Of a stretch of 64,000 bases of DNA, positions 1-10,109 are shown one piece after another. Source of the stretch: Candidatus Woesebacteria bacterium (lineage in GTDB: Bacteria; Patescibacteriota; Microgenomatia; UBA8517). The position numbers and the translations under genes were made by a program. Location of the stretch: the NCBI GenBank assembly GCA_020060845.1, contig JAGUZK010000017.1, positions 23,935-87,934 on the forward strand, in the 5' to 3' direction. How positions within the stretch are numbered: the first letter of the stretch is position 1; every line of letters begins with the position of its first letter. The notes beneath the pieces are model-generated. The model saw nothing but the letters and a program-made list of their open reading frames with translations. It did no database searches and had not been told where the DNA came from.

Positions 1-611
1 TCTTGAGACAAAAACCCTTTTCTACCAGAAAGCATCTCATCATAATATCCCTCCAATCCAAAATAACCCACACTCTCCCCTGACTCATCTTTTCCTAAAA
101 ACCCCAATAAATGGGCAGATGATGACCCTTCTGGATAAAATCTTGATTCTTCTTTTTCAAAATCTAACCCCTCTATGTCTAGTTTTTCTATTGCCTCCTT
201 TTGGACATCGTTTATTCGTGGCACCAAGCTAACCCAATACAAATTTCTCCTCTCCAACAGCTCTCTAATCCTTTCTACCTCCGAATCTTTTTCTTTCTTT
301 TCTGCAAGACGGGGATTATCAACAGAAATTACCTCAACTATCTTCTCGGCAACATCCTTTGCATCCCCTGCGAATTTTTTGGGATTGGCAATAAGGTTCC
401 AAACCTGACCACGGGCAACTAGCCAACTGCCATCTCTTGCAAATATCTCTCCTCTTGAAGCGTCAATAACAGAGCTTTTCCTATGTTGCATGGATGCCGT
501 CTGTGACAATTCGGATCCTTTTACTACTTGCCAATAGAAAAGACGCACAATAGAAAAAACAAACATAAAAATATAAAAGAACAATATAACCAGAAAACGT
601 GGTTTGCTCAT
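1..611 (-). CDS. ftsI: Penicillin-binding protein 2/FtsI family, N-terminal part (runs off the window start)
   Basis: Not in the ORF track. Manual translation from ATG 611: MSKPRFLVILFFYIFMFVFSIVRLFYWQVV...SRGEIFARDG...RFYPEGSSSAHLLGFLG...GYFGLEGYYDEMLSG, i.e. a TM anchor plus PBP dimerisation-domain motifs. Follows mraZ-rsmH-ftsL. Confidence 0.85.
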   Translation of the reverse strand, partial: MSKPRFLVILFFYIFMFVFSIVRLFYWQVVKGSELSQTASMQHRKSSVIDASRGEIFARDGSWLVARGQVWNLIANPKKFAGDAKDVAEKIVEVISVDNPRLAEKKEKDSEVERIRELLERRNLYWVSLVPRINDVQKEAIEKLDIEGLDFEKEESRFYPEGSSSAHLLGFLGKDESGESVGYFGLEGYYDEMLSGRKGFLSQ

Positions 612-617
612 ACTAAT

Positions 618-920
618 CTAGCGTAAAGAGGCAAACGCATCAGATTCGCTGATATAAATAATTTTTGAGGGCTTTGAAAAACCTAAGTTTTGAGAGCTCT
701 CAAGTAGAGAATTCAACGACATCTTACTGACAATGTATCGAGTAAGCTCTTCATTTTTGCTGGAAAGCTCCAAGTATTCCTCCTCAAGCGAAGCTAACTT
801 ACTCCCACCGGAAGAAATATGTATTGTATAGACAATCTGAAGGCAAGAAAAAAGTAGCAGCATCAAAACAAACAACAACTTTAGGCTAATCCTTATAGAT
901 TTGGTTTTTCTTCTTGACAT
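618..920 (-). CDS. ftsL: FtsL-like cell division protein
   Basis: 100 aa with a basic N-terminus, one TM and a coiled coil ending ...QNLGF. Canonical position between rsmH and ftsI. Confidence 0.65.
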   Translation of the reverse strand: MSRRKTKSIRISLKLLFVLMLLLFSCLQIVYTIHISSGGSKLASLEEEYLELSSKNEELTRYIVSKMSLNSLLESSQNLGFSKPSKIIYISESDAFASLR

Positions 921-1837
921 ATTCTCTTTTTAATACATCTTAATTTGGCACTACGTGATTTTGGGTTTAAAGCCACCTCCTTTTCACTTGGCACAACGGG
1001 TTTTTTTGTTATAATCTCTGCTAGCCCCTCATTTTCGACTCTTCTAAAGAAATTCTTAACTATAGTGTCTTCTCCTGAATGAAAGGAAATGACAACCATC
1101 CTCGCGTCTTTATTCAAGTAACTGAAGGATTTTGCCAGAGCTACGTTGAGATTATCCAGCTCGCTATTCACTGCAATCCTTAGCGCCATAAACACCTTAG
1201 TTGCAGGATCAATTTTCCCGGATTTAAGACCAACTGCTCTCACCACCTCGATCAGATCCCCAACTACAGCGAATTTTTTTTCTTCCCTATGCTTTACAAT
1301 CTCTACAGCCAATTTCCTCGCAGTGTGATTGCCCACAACTTCAGAAAACATGCTCTCAAGCTGTGATTTGCTAAGGACGTTAAGAAGCGTTGCGGCCGTT
1401 ACTGCCTGAGTGCTTCTATTAAGCCGCATGTCTAAGGGTGCGTCATGGTACCTAAAGGAAAAACCTCGATCTCTCTCCTCAAAATGAAAAGACGAAACAC
1501 CCAAATCAAAAAGCACTCCATCCACACTTTCAATACGATGATACTTAAGAACCGCATCTATATCCCTAAAGTTAGCATTAGCAAGCAAAATGCTTCCAAA
1601 ACCTTTGGAAGCAGGGCAGGCTTGTCTTACTCTCGCTTCTGCTATCTTTATGACCTCGGGGTCAGCATCAATTCCCACGACATTCACCCCTCTTTTTGCA
1701 ATCTCAATAGTATGTCCGGCAAATCCAACTGTAGCATCTAAAACCCAAGTGCCATGTAAACGTGCCAAATACTCTATATCTAAATATTCCAATGCCTCCG
1801 ATAACAAAACAGGCTCATGGTATTTTTCAACCTTCAT
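893..1837 (-). CDS. rsmH: 16S rRNA m4C1402 methyltransferase RsmH (MraW)
   Basis: Motifs HEPVLL, DATVGFAGH, DLGVSS, PLDMR, ALRIAVNSEL, ISFHSGED, NPKSRSAKLR. ATG 1837 preferred over the track start at 1867. Confidence 0.95.
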   Translation of the reverse strand: MKVEKYHEPVLLSEALEYLDIEYLARLHGTWVLDATVGFAGHTIEIAKRGVNVVGIDADPEVIKIAEARVRQACPASKGFGSILLANANFRDIDAVLKYHRIESVDGVLFDLGVSSFHFEERDRGFSFRYHDAPLDMRLNRSTQAVTAATLLNVLSKSQLESMFSEVVGNHTARKLAVEIVKHREEKKFAVVGDLIEVVRAVGLKSGKIDPATKVFMALRIAVNSELDNLNVALAKSFSYLNKDARMVVISFHSGEDTIVKNFFRRVENEGLAEIITKKPVVPSEKEVALNPKSRSAKLRCIKKRICQEEKPNL

Positions 1838-2273
1838 GCCCAGATTTTTGTTTTGCAATCTTTTCAATTAACTTCTCGGCAACCTGACTTATTTCCTCTT
1901 CCTTCTTTTGCCACCTCTCACTGTTCCAAATTTCAGCCCTATCGCCCAAACCAACAAACACAACATTCTCACTAAGACCCCCGTAATCGCGCAAGATCTT
2001 AGGAATCACAAATCTTCCTTGGCCATCTAATTCAACCTCGAAAGCAGAACCCATTATAAACCTATCAGTATCCCTCACAGGGCTGGTAATAAATTCACTC
2101 TTTGCGGTAAGTCTATCTAAAATTCCTGTCCAATTATCTTTTGAGACAATTACTAAGCATCCCTCATACCACTTTGCCACAACACAAACATTCTTAAGTT
2201 CTCTCCTAAATTTTGCCGGGACAGGACATCTTCCCTTCTCGTCTAATTTTGTTTGATATTGTCCAAGAAGCAT
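1827..2273 (-). CDS. mraZ: Division/cell-wall cluster transcriptional repressor MraZ
   Basis: Two DxxGR repeats (LDEKGR, LDGQGR), EIW motif, 148 aa, upstream of rsmH. Confidence 0.95.
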   Translation of the reverse strand: MLLGQYQTKLDEKGRCPVPAKFRRELKNVCVVAKWYEGCLVIVSKDNWTGILDRLTAKSEFITSPVRDTDRFIMGSAFEVELDGQGRFVIPKILRDYGGLSENVVFVGLGDRAEIWNSERWQKKEEEISQVAEKLIEKIAKQKSGHEG

Positions 2274-2280
2274 AATTATT

Positions 2281-2310
2281 CACCACTTTATTCCACTTTT
2301 AACCATTCTG
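2281..2310 (-). promoter_or_regulatory. MraZ-binding (dcw) boxes
   Basis: Minus strand reads AATGGTTAAA AGTGGAATAA AGTGGTG. The TGG cores (CCA on +) are at 2283, 2293 and 2303, an exact 10-bp period just upstream of the mraZ ATG, matching known GTGG-repeat MraZ operators. Confidence 0.75.
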
Positions 2311-2382
2311 ATATATTTTAGAAAGCAAGTCAAGTCAAAGAATACCCGAATAAGATATCTAAAATATGTCAGTTAAAGAAGA

Positions 2383-3096
2383 CTACTTTAGAAGTGCATA
2401 GATTCCAAGGCCTTTGCTAGATTCACTCCAACCTTGATCGTAGACGTATACCTTACCATCTTCAAATATGCCCTGACCATTATCGTCAGAAGACGAAAAT
2501 ACCCCATAGGGACCTATGATCTTCATCGGGTCAAACGGGTATCCATCGGGTATTCCCAACGTCTCCATAACAACAAAGAAGTTTTTGCTTTCGCGAGGCA
2601 TATACTTGAAAACGCCATCAGAAGAAACTATCTCGTTAGCCCCCTTCTTCATTACAAAGTCTGTCTCAAGCTTCGCTAGCAGTTTTTTATCCTTATCGCG
2701 AAACCACAAAGTAAGGCCACCCTTTTCTACACCTTCATCGTAACGAAATTTTCCAGAGGATTCTGAGCCCAAAAGAATACTGGTCTTATAAGACCCACTA
2801 GTTATATCAATATTATCCCCAGAACTTCCTTGTGCTACCTTTCCTGGAACCTCGTACAGAAACTGAAAGTCCATATATACTGCTTTATTGATCTTGATTT
2901 TTTCAACTTTCAGATCAAGATAATGCCCATCAGACGTAGGAGTAAGTGATATGATGGGCAACTCCTGTAGACTCAGCTTCATGAGATCTTGACCATCGTC
3001 ACTTTTAACCACAGCTTTGGGTCTAAAAACAAAATAGACAGCTACAATTGCTACTACACCCAAACAAAATATAAAAATAGGCATAAACTTCTTCAT
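2383..3096 (-). CDS. Hypothetical membrane-anchored extracytoplasmic protein
   Basis: 237 aa with an N-terminal TM and a beta-rich remainder; no family recognised. Confidence 0.75.
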   Translation of the reverse strand: MKKFMPIFIFCLGVVAIVAVYFVFRPKAVVKSDDGQDLMKLSLQELPIISLTPTSDGHYLDLKVEKIKINKAVYMDFQFLYEVPGKVAQGSSGDNIDITSGSYKTSILLGSESSGKFRYDEGVEKGGLTLWFRDKDKKLLAKLETDFVMKKGANEIVSSDGVFKYMPRESKNFFVVMETLGIPDGYPFDPMKIIGPYGVFSSSDDNGQGIFEDGKVYVYDQGWSESSKGLGIYALLK

Positions 3097-3166
3097 AAGC
3101 CTTAAATGCTAATTATGTCAAAATTCAGCTAAATTGGATAGCCTCTCTATTAAATGGTACCAAAAT

Positions 3167-4528
3167 CTATTTTAATTTCAAAGACAGCCAACTAGATAAT
3201 TTTCCAACACTCACTCTTTGCTGAGCCACCGTGTCCCTGTCGCGAATTGTCACCGTATCATCCTCTAGAGTCTGATAATCGACGGTTATACAGTATGGTG
3301 TACCAATTTCATCTTGCGAAAAGTATCGTTTTCCAATATTTCCTCGCTCGTCATAAGCAACCATAAATCCTTTTCTTAGTTCCTCATATATTCTTCTTGC
3401 CTTAGTCACAAGATTTTCTTTATTTGCCAGAAGAGGAAAAACAGCAGCCTTAATTGGTGCAAGCTTTATGGGCAATCGCAATACTACTCTATTCCTCTTG
3501 TCATCTTCATGAAAAGAATCTATAAGAATGATTGTCAGTGTACGACTAATCCCAAAAGTTGGTTCTATAACATGAGGAATAAAACGTTCCCCACTCTCAG
3601 GATCAAAATACCTCATATCCTTTCCAGACTTCTGCATATGATTCCTTAGATCAAAATCTGTCCTATAAGCCACAGCGTATAGCTCCTTATAACCCCAAGG
3701 CAACCTATATTCCAAATCCTCAGTCCTTTTCGAATAATGAGCTAGCTCTTCTTTTGTATGTGCCCTCCATCGTAAGCTACTTTTTCTTATACCAATCATC
3801 TCAGCAAATTGCTGGACCTGATCTTTCCAATATTCAAAGTATTCCATCCACTTGTCTTCTGGGACAAAATATTCAAACTCTGCAAGATCAAATTCCAACG
3901 TCCTAAAGGTAAATTTACCCATTGTTATCTCATTCCTAAACGCTTTTCCAATCTGAGCCAGTCCGAACGGAAGCTTTGGATGAATTGAATTAATAACATT
4001 TGAAAAGTTTACAAACATCCCCTGAGCATTTTCTCCCCTTAGGTAAACAGTAGATTTTCCTTCAGTTATTATTCCAACACTTGTCTCAAATAGCTGGTTA
4101 AAATTACGGCTTTGTGTCCAATCTTTTCCACCGCATTTGGGACAGGTTATTTTGTTTTTAGCAACTATCTCGTCAAGCTCTGACGGTGACAATCCTTCTA
4201 CAGACTTCTTAATCGAGTCTTCAATCAAATGATCGGTCCGTGTACGGTAGCGACAGTTTTTACAATCGATCATCACATTTGTGAAATTCTTGGTATGACC
4301 CGAGGCTTCCCAAACCTTAGGACTCATAAGGATGCTTGATTCTATCGGGTGTATATCGTCTCTTGATTCAACAAAAAAATGCCACCAGGTATCAGAAATA
4401 TTCTTCTTAAGCATCGTCCCCAACGGCCCAAAATCATAGGTGTTAGCCAACCCGCCATAGATTTCGCTTCCGGGGTATACAAACCCTCTTCTCTTAGCCA
4501 AACTGGCAATTTTTTCAACTATATCCAT
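3167..4528 (-). CDS. glyQS: Glycine--tRNA ligase, alpha2 type
   Basis: Motifs GGLANTYDFGPLG, YLRGENAQG, GKAFRNEIT, VIEPTFG, and anticodon-binding domain IGKRY..QDEIGTPYCITVD. Confidence 0.95.
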   Translation of the reverse strand: MDIVEKIASLAKRRGFVYPGSEIYGGLANTYDFGPLGTMLKKNISDTWWHFFVESRDDIHPIESSILMSPKVWEASGHTKNFTNVMIDCKNCRYRTRTDHLIEDSIKKSVEGLSPSELDEIVAKNKITCPKCGGKDWTQSRNFNQLFETSVGIITEGKSTVYLRGENAQGMFVNFSNVINSIHPKLPFGLAQIGKAFRNEITMGKFTFRTLEFDLAEFEYFVPEDKWMEYFEYWKDQVQQFAEMIGIRKSSLRWRAHTKEELAHYSKRTEDLEYRLPWGYKELYAVAYRTDFDLRNHMQKSGKDMRYFDPESGERFIPHVIEPTFGISRTLTIILIDSFHEDDKRNRVVLRLPIKLAPIKAAVFPLLANKENLVTKARRIYEELRKGFMVAYDERGNIGKRYFSQDEIGTPYCITVDYQTLEDDTVTIRDRDTVAQQRVSVGKLSSWLSLKLK

Positions 4529-4569
4529 TTACCTTTGTATTCTACAATTGAAACAACAAATAATCCAAC

Positions 4570-5643
4570 CTATTCTTCCCCGCTCTCAAGTTCCAAATTC
4601 TTTATCGCCGGTAGACTACTATTTGTAACTGCCTGCAATTCTCCCCACATCCCGTAAGTATTATCAATGATTTTCCTAATTTCCTTTTCTTCCCTTGCCC
4701 ACTTTATATTAAAAAACCTCTTCTCCCTTTCTATTCCCTCACTAAGGAGAGTAAACGAATCTACAATTGCTTCTATACGTTGTCTAAACTCATTCCCTGT
4801 CAAATACTGATAGAGTACTTCCTTTTTATCATTCTTGCCAATGTGTGCAGATCTTTCGAAATAAATATGAATAAGGTCAAACCTCAAAGCCGTAGCGATT
4901 GCCAAGACAAAACGCCTTTTTGTAATCCATACCCTATCCCTGTAGACAAAGGTATCCAACCATTCAGGGGCATCCTCAACAACAAGGACCGCAAGCTCCG
5001 CCTTTGCCTGCCTTTGGTCATCACGAAGCTTTGAAATCCACGAATTACTCCATTGAGCATTTTTGGATTCCCAAAGAATTGTTCCACAATGCCGGCCTTT
5101 TTTGTCAATCACTCTCTGGATAATATCAGCTCCTCTTTGCCCTTTCTTGACTTCTTCTATCTTGTCATCTGTAAATTCCCTTCTTAGAAGATCTTCAATC
5201 TCAAGCTCCATCACTTCCCCTTGAATTTGCTGCGATCCTTGTGAAGCTTTTCTCCTTGCCTTCTCCAAAGCTTCCATCAGATCAGATATTTTCTTGTCCT
5301 TTTCTAAATCCTTTAGCTTATGCTCTTCAGTAATCTGTTCAAGAATCTTTGCCTCAATTGCTTTTTTTTCATCAGCTAGCCTCTTTGCTAACTCGTCATC
5401 AAGGGACTTCCTTGCCCTTTCTATCATTTCCTTTTCTTTTTGAATTTCTTGTTCTCTCTTAAGTAATAACTTTGCCTTGCGTTCCTCCTCCTCAAGACGC
5501 GATTGCAATTTCTCTTTATATTCCTCCTCAATCTGCTTTGTAATAGACGTACGAATACTCTCCTCAATTTGATGCCTGATGGCATCGGTTACCTCAAATT
5601 CGTGATTGCATTTTGGACATCTGACCAAACTTAACGCAGACAT
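4570..5643 (-). CDS. DUF2130 family coiled-coil protein
   Basis: N-terminal CPKC, long coiled coil, GSQQIQGEVMELEIE, GADIIQ, ILWESK. ATG 5643 preferred. Confidence 0.8.
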   Translation of the reverse strand: MSALSLVRCPKCNHEFEVTDAIRHQIEESIRTSITKQIEEEYKEKLQSRLEEEERKAKLLLKREQEIQKEKEMIERARKSLDDELAKRLADEKKAIEAKILEQITEEHKLKDLEKDKKISDLMEALEKARRKASQGSQQIQGEVMELEIEDLLRREFTDDKIEEVKKGQRGADIIQRVIDKKGRHCGTILWESKNAQWSNSWISKLRDDQRQAKAELAVLVVEDAPEWLDTFVYRDRVWITKRRFVLAIATALRFDLIHIYFERSAHIGKNDKKEVLYQYLTGNEFRQRIEAIVDSFTLLSEGIEREKRFFNIKWAREEKEIRKIIDNTYGMWGELQAVTNSSLPAIKNLELESGEE

Positions 5644-5665
5644 AGCAAATTCTAGCACAAAAAAG

Positions 5666-6217
5666 TTATTTGTTTGAAAAGATAGACTTTCCAACCCTAA
5701 TTGTATTGATGCTCTGGCTTAGTACATCCTCAAGAACCGCTTCCTCATACTCCATCGGTCTTCCAGCCGGCCAAAATCCAAGCGCGACAAGTACATCATA
5801 GATAAACTCCTTACGAATCTTCTTCAATCCAATGTTACTCTGAACTTTCCTGAGATAGTTAAGCAGAAGGTCAAAAATGTATTCATTCCTTTCACCTTCA
5901 TGCATAAATTTGTCAATAACTTCGATGAAAAAATATGCAAGCGATGCTCTTGCCAAGCTTTTTCGAGTTGGAATAAATACTTCAATTGGCTCTACCTCTC
6001 TAAGTAGATCTAACCCCTTTGATTTGGCAACTAAAAACCTAGAATGACAGAAAATCTCAAGAGCACTTCTTTTCCTGCTCTTCGGCCTTCTCACTCCCTT
6101 CGCTAGAAGGGTAATCTTACCATGCTCTCTGCTAAAAATTTTAACTATCCTATCTGCCTCGGAATAATTTATGCGTGAAAGGACAATCCCATCACAAATG
6201 TAGTTTCGTAAGGCCAT
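5666..6217 (-). CDS. recO: DNA repair protein RecO (short form)
   Basis: GIVLSRINYSEADRIVKIFSREHGKITLLAKGVRR is the RecO N-terminal signature. Confidence 0.9.
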   Translation of the reverse strand: MALRNYICDGIVLSRINYSEADRIVKIFSREHGKITLLAKGVRRPKSRKRSALEIFCHSRFLVAKSKGLDLLREVEPIEVFIPTRKSLARASLAYFFIEVIDKFMHEGERNEYIFDLLLNYLRKVQSNIGLKKIRKEFIYDVLVALGFWPAGRPMEYEEAVLEDVLSQSINTIRVGKSIFSNK

Positions 6218-6226
6218 TTCAACGGG

Positions 6227-8254
6227 CTAAATCTTAATTTTTATTTCTTTGTCAGTTGAAAGATAAAATTCTTCAGACTTTTTTCCAACGGTCAAGCTAT
6301 ACCTAGGTTTATCTTTCCCTGGTTGCTTCTGAATCAAAAGCCTATAATAATCGGTCACTTTTATCGGAAGCTTATACCTCAATGTCAATTTTGCCACCCC
6401 TTGGGGCCGCAAGTGAAATGAGCCAGCAAAAACAGTTTTTTCCAGCTCTTCATAAGGACTTTCTACTTTTTCAGCACCATCGAAACTCAAAAGCTCGCTT
6501 CCTTTTGGTACATAAATTCTTACATGGTTGGGGAGAATTGAATTCAACCATCCATCTTGTTTCTCTGGGTTTTTGTAAGTAATCTCAAGAATTTTCTCTA
6601 CACTCCCATCCTTTGAAATCTTAATGTCCTGCACCACATCTTGAACAACATATAAATTTGATTTTCTTCCTCCAAGGTTTGCATCGTTGATGTGCAAATA
6701 GTCTCCATCATACTCCTTAATATCTCCACCCAATCCAAAGCCATTCACGGCTTTTTGCATTTCATCATCCAAAATAAAAACCAAAACATGCTTTTCAGCT
6801 ACCGATCTAATTGCCGCTTCAAATAACCTAGGTAGTTTATCTTTCGGCTGTCCCAATGTATTAGAAAGAATTGAATTCATAAGAGGACCTATTATCTTTT
6901 TCCTGTTATCATAATTGGGAGGGGCATAAACAATTTTACCCGGTTCATTTTCGCTCCAAACAATCGCCCCTTCTTGATCAGCAAAACTTTCAAGCTCGTA
7001 AATTACCTGGGGACATTTACACTCCGGTACAATTTCAGTACTGAAATTGCCATAGCCGGGAACCCCAATTGGACCTATAACCTCAAGTATATTTACCAAA
7101 AGCTGGGTATCCACAGCAATTATTCCATCAATATCATCCATCCCAACCTTGGACACCTCAGAAGAAAAAGTTTTCATCGAGATTCCAAAGTCAGGACTCC
7201 AGTTCATATCTCTCAATCTAAATTTATTGTTACCAATATAAATTCCTTTCAGAAGCTCAGCAAAAACTCTCGGCGCGGCAATCGAGGGACGATAATTCTT
7301 ATCAAGCGAATATATGTCGCTGGAAACTACAGGATCAAACTTGCCATCCTTCACTCTTGCAATAGAGTACGCTGTCAAAAATCCCCCTGTTGGCCTCAGC
7401 TCCTTATCGTTCTGAAAAAGTACAAGATATGTCCTCTCCTCTCCTATTCCAATAAGGTATGACGCTATTTCCAAAAGCGGCTTCCCATTCTTCACAAAAG
7501 ATGAGGCCGTCTGGAACATATCAAATAATTTAACTAAATTGTTTCTAACCTCAATATCTTGAAACTTCTCGGGGTAGATTTGGGGGTCAATATAAGAAAG
7601 CTCCCTGTCAATTAGATCTAATTTAGCAATCAGCTGATCAGATACCGGAATGAGATCGGGGATTGTCTTCACAATAAAATCAATCCTATCTTGAGTCGTT
7701 TCTTCTCCACTCTTAGCCTGAGATGACAAAGAAGAAAACCCAATTATATCAGCATAAGGTTCGACTGCTTTTATAACTACTTCAGCTGCATCTATCCCAT
7801 AAAGAGAGGCTTCGATCGCATGTCTGCCATCATCTATATACCTCCCGATCAGAGGGACAAATCTCAAAAAAGAGATGTAAGAATATGATTTCTTAAGCCC
7901 AATTACCTCCTCCCTTGTCTTACCCAACTGAGTTTTTATTTTTTCCAGGTCTTGCTCTTTGGCAATAGACACAAGAAGGTCAACTGAGGATTTTACAAAT
8001 AAAGCCTTTTTGTAAACCCCAAAAGATAAAAATGCAACCACAAAGATAATTGAAAGAAGTGTGATTAAACTAGAAATAAATAGAAGCCGCCTCATCCTCC
8101 ACTTCTTGGATGCACTTTTCTTTCCTCCGCCACCATCATGATTGGTATCCCTCCCAGACGGAACTATTTGAGGAATCAAGACCTCATCATTGGAAGTGAC
8201 CCTTGAGCCTCCACTGTCTTCACCTAGACCAATTTTAGGAATAGAATCTTGCAT
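6227..8254 (-). CDS. DUF4012 domain membrane-anchored protein
   Basis: One TM, a helical stalk, then YLVLFQNDKELRPTGGF, RDMNWSPDF, DGIIAVD, IQKQPG. Confidence 0.8.
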   Translation of the reverse strand: MQDSIPKIGLGEDSGGSRVTSNDEVLIPQIVPSGRDTNHDGGGGKKSASKKWRMRRLLFISSLITLLSIIFVVAFLSFGVYKKALFVKSSVDLLVSIAKEQDLEKIKTQLGKTREEVIGLKKSYSYISFLRFVPLIGRYIDDGRHAIEASLYGIDAAEVVIKAVEPYADIIGFSSLSSQAKSGEETTQDRIDFIVKTIPDLIPVSDQLIAKLDLIDRELSYIDPQIYPEKFQDIEVRNNLVKLFDMFQTASSFVKNGKPLLEIASYLIGIGEERTYLVLFQNDKELRPTGGFLTAYSIARVKDGKFDPVVSSDIYSLDKNYRPSIAAPRVFAELLKGIYIGNNKFRLRDMNWSPDFGISMKTFSSEVSKVGMDDIDGIIAVDTQLLVNILEVIGPIGVPGYGNFSTEIVPECKCPQVIYELESFADQEGAIVWSENEPGKIVYAPPNYDNRKKIIGPLMNSILSNTLGQPKDKLPRLFEAAIRSVAEKHVLVFILDDEMQKAVNGFGLGGDIKEYDGDYLHINDANLGGRKSNLYVVQDVVQDIKISKDGSVEKILEITYKNPEKQDGWLNSILPNHVRIYVPKGSELLSFDGAEKVESPYEELEKTVFAGSFHLRPQGVAKLTLRYKLPIKVTDYYRLLIQKQPGKDKPRYSLTVGKKSEEFYLSTDKEIKIKI

Positions 8255-8257
8255 ATT

Positions 8258-8911
8258 CTAAACAGCCCCCTTGCCTGAAATCATCACCCAAGGAGTTTTC
8301 AAAAGAATGAGTATATCAAAAATAATAGAGCGTTTTCTAGCATAATAGGCATCCATTTGTATCCTCTTGTCAAATGCCACATCACTTCTTCCACTAACCT
8401 GCCAATAGCCTGTAATGCCTGGCTTGACCTTCAATGCTTCCTTGACATACTTTTCCGTACCGGGAAATTTCCTTTGCTGTTCCTCTAATTCTTCTCTAAG
8501 ATATGGCCTTGGTCCAACAATGCTCATCTCACCTCTAAGCACATTTATAAGTTGAGGTATCTCATCAATTGAGTGTTTACGTATAAACTTTCCAATAGGA
8601 GTAACTCTTGTGTCATTTCTGACTTTATATGTGCCACTCGTATGCTTCTCAACATAGACGTGACGGTACCTGGGATCACTTTTCTCTAACTTATCTGCAC
8701 CAACCATCATTGATCTAAACTTAAAAAGCCGGAATTCCTTTCCACCCTTCCCAACCCGAAGCATATGGGAATTAGAGGTCTCAACCAAAATCGGTCCCGG
8801 TGAAGTCACTTTAATTATAATTGCCACAACAAGCATAACAGGGGAAAATAAGACAAGAAGAAAAAGTGACCCGAAAATATCAATTAACCTTTTTACAATG
8901 TCGTAAAACAT
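8258..8911 (-). CDS. Initiating phosphoglycosyl transferase (Bac_transf; WbaP/WcaJ/PglC catalytic-domain type)
   Basis: Motifs KRLIDI, FKFRSM, DTRVT, SIDEIPQLINVLRGEMSIVGPRP, VKPGITGYWQVSGR. Confidence 0.92.
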   Translation of the reverse strand: MFYDIVKRLIDIFGSLFLLVLFSPVMLVVAIIIKVTSPGPILVETSNSHMLRVGKGGKEFRLFKFRSMMVGADKLEKSDPRYRHVYVEKHTSGTYKVRNDTRVTPIGKFIRKHSIDEIPQLINVLRGEMSIVGPRPYLREELEEQQRKFPGTEKYVKEALKVKPGITGYWQVSGRSDVAFDKRIQMDAYYARKRSIIFDILILLKTPWVMISGKGAV

Positions 8912-8980
8912 AGACGGGCAGGCGAATTATACTATTTTTTCAAAAACCATCAGCTCTTTATACATTTTTTCTATATTCAA

Positions 8981-10039
8981 TCAAGTCAAGGATAAATTTC
9001 TTGATTTAACTATCTTTAGTACTTCCCCAACCTTCCCAGATTCAGACTTATCGCAGACCAGCAAAGCATCTCCTGTATCAACAACAACTAAATTGTCAAC
9101 CCCAACCAAAGCTACCACTTTGTTACTATCGTCAAGCATAACAAAATTATCATTTCCATCAAAATCTATTATATTTTCTGACACTTTATAGATCTTGTTT
9201 TCTTTCAGATACTTGTCGATTGAAAGAAATGTACCAAAATCGGTCCATTTAAAAGGCAGTTCTACAACTAATGATTCGCCATCTTCATGCACATTCTGAG
9301 TAACATCTTCCAAGGGCCCTGGCGGCATTTTCAAGTATTCACTCTCCAGAGGAGATCCGTTGATATAGTTTTCCAAAGGTGCATACCAATCTGGCTTATA
9401 CTTCCGCAGCATATCAAGAAGCCCGTTGGGGGTCATACAAGTGTGATTTGCATGTATAAGAACACTCTCTTGTTTAATCAAATCCTGAGTCTCTTGCAAA
9501 CTGCTTCGCCATACAAATCTGTCAACTTCAAATATGCTAACAGACCCTTCATCTGAAACTTTTTTCCCTTTAACAAGATAGTCAACTCCAAATACAGGAG
9601 AATCTGTTCTAATCCCTCCAGTTATATACTTTTTTTCCTTCCTTGCGATTTTGTCGCAATCCAACATCATCTTGATAAAACTATCCGCAGGCTCTCTGAG
9701 TACATCAACCTGAACCAACATAAACGGCTCGTCTTTGAGGCCTCTTTTGTATAAAAAAGCAGCCACCAGACCAGTAGCTGGCCCTTGATTTCTCATCTCA
9801 GGTTCTAGGATAAAATTTTCATCAGGTATTTCCGGCACCTGCTGCTTAGCAATGTTCATATGGTCTTTGTTGGTCGAGACGAAAATCTCAGAGGGGGCAA
9901 AATGAATTCTTAAAGCTTCATAATTAAGTTGAAATAAAGATTTCGAGTTAATAAGTGGTAAAAAATGTTTTGGTCTATGCTGGCGGCTAATCGGCCATAG
10001 CTTAGTCCCAAAACCACCACAAATTATTACAGGTATCAT
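8981..10039 (-). CDS. manC: Mannose-1-phosphate guanylyltransferase (no PMI domain)
   Basis: GGFGTKLWPISR..PKHFL, ILEP, WTDFGTF, and C-terminal VALVGVDNLVVVDTGDALLV. Confidence 0.85.
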   Translation of the reverse strand: MIPVIICGGFGTKLWPISRQHRPKHFLPLINSKSLFQLNYEALRIHFAPSEIFVSTNKDHMNIAKQQVPEIPDENFILEPEMRNQGPATGLVAAFLYKRGLKDEPFMLVQVDVLREPADSFIKMMLDCDKIARKEKKYITGGIRTDSPVFGVDYLVKGKKVSDEGSVSIFEVDRFVWRSSLQETQDLIKQESVLIHANHTCMTPNGLLDMLRKYKPDWYAPLENYINGSPLESEYLKMPPGPLEDVTQNVHEDGESLVVELPFKWTDFGTFLSIDKYLKENKIYKVSENIIDFDGNDNFVMLDDSNKVVALVGVDNLVVVDTGDALLVCDKSESGKVGEVLKIVKSRNLSLT

Positions 10040-10109
10040 AACGCTAAAGCATTATAGCAAAAACTTACCTACGAGCAAAAAACTGCAAAAAAACACCCTC
10101 TTATGAAGA

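Noticed and set aside
1612-8925. GCCTGCCC word in rsmH (QACP) and upstream of the sugar transferase as a repeat element
   Set aside because: Only 8 bp, two copies and no hairpin partner, so it is compatible with chance.
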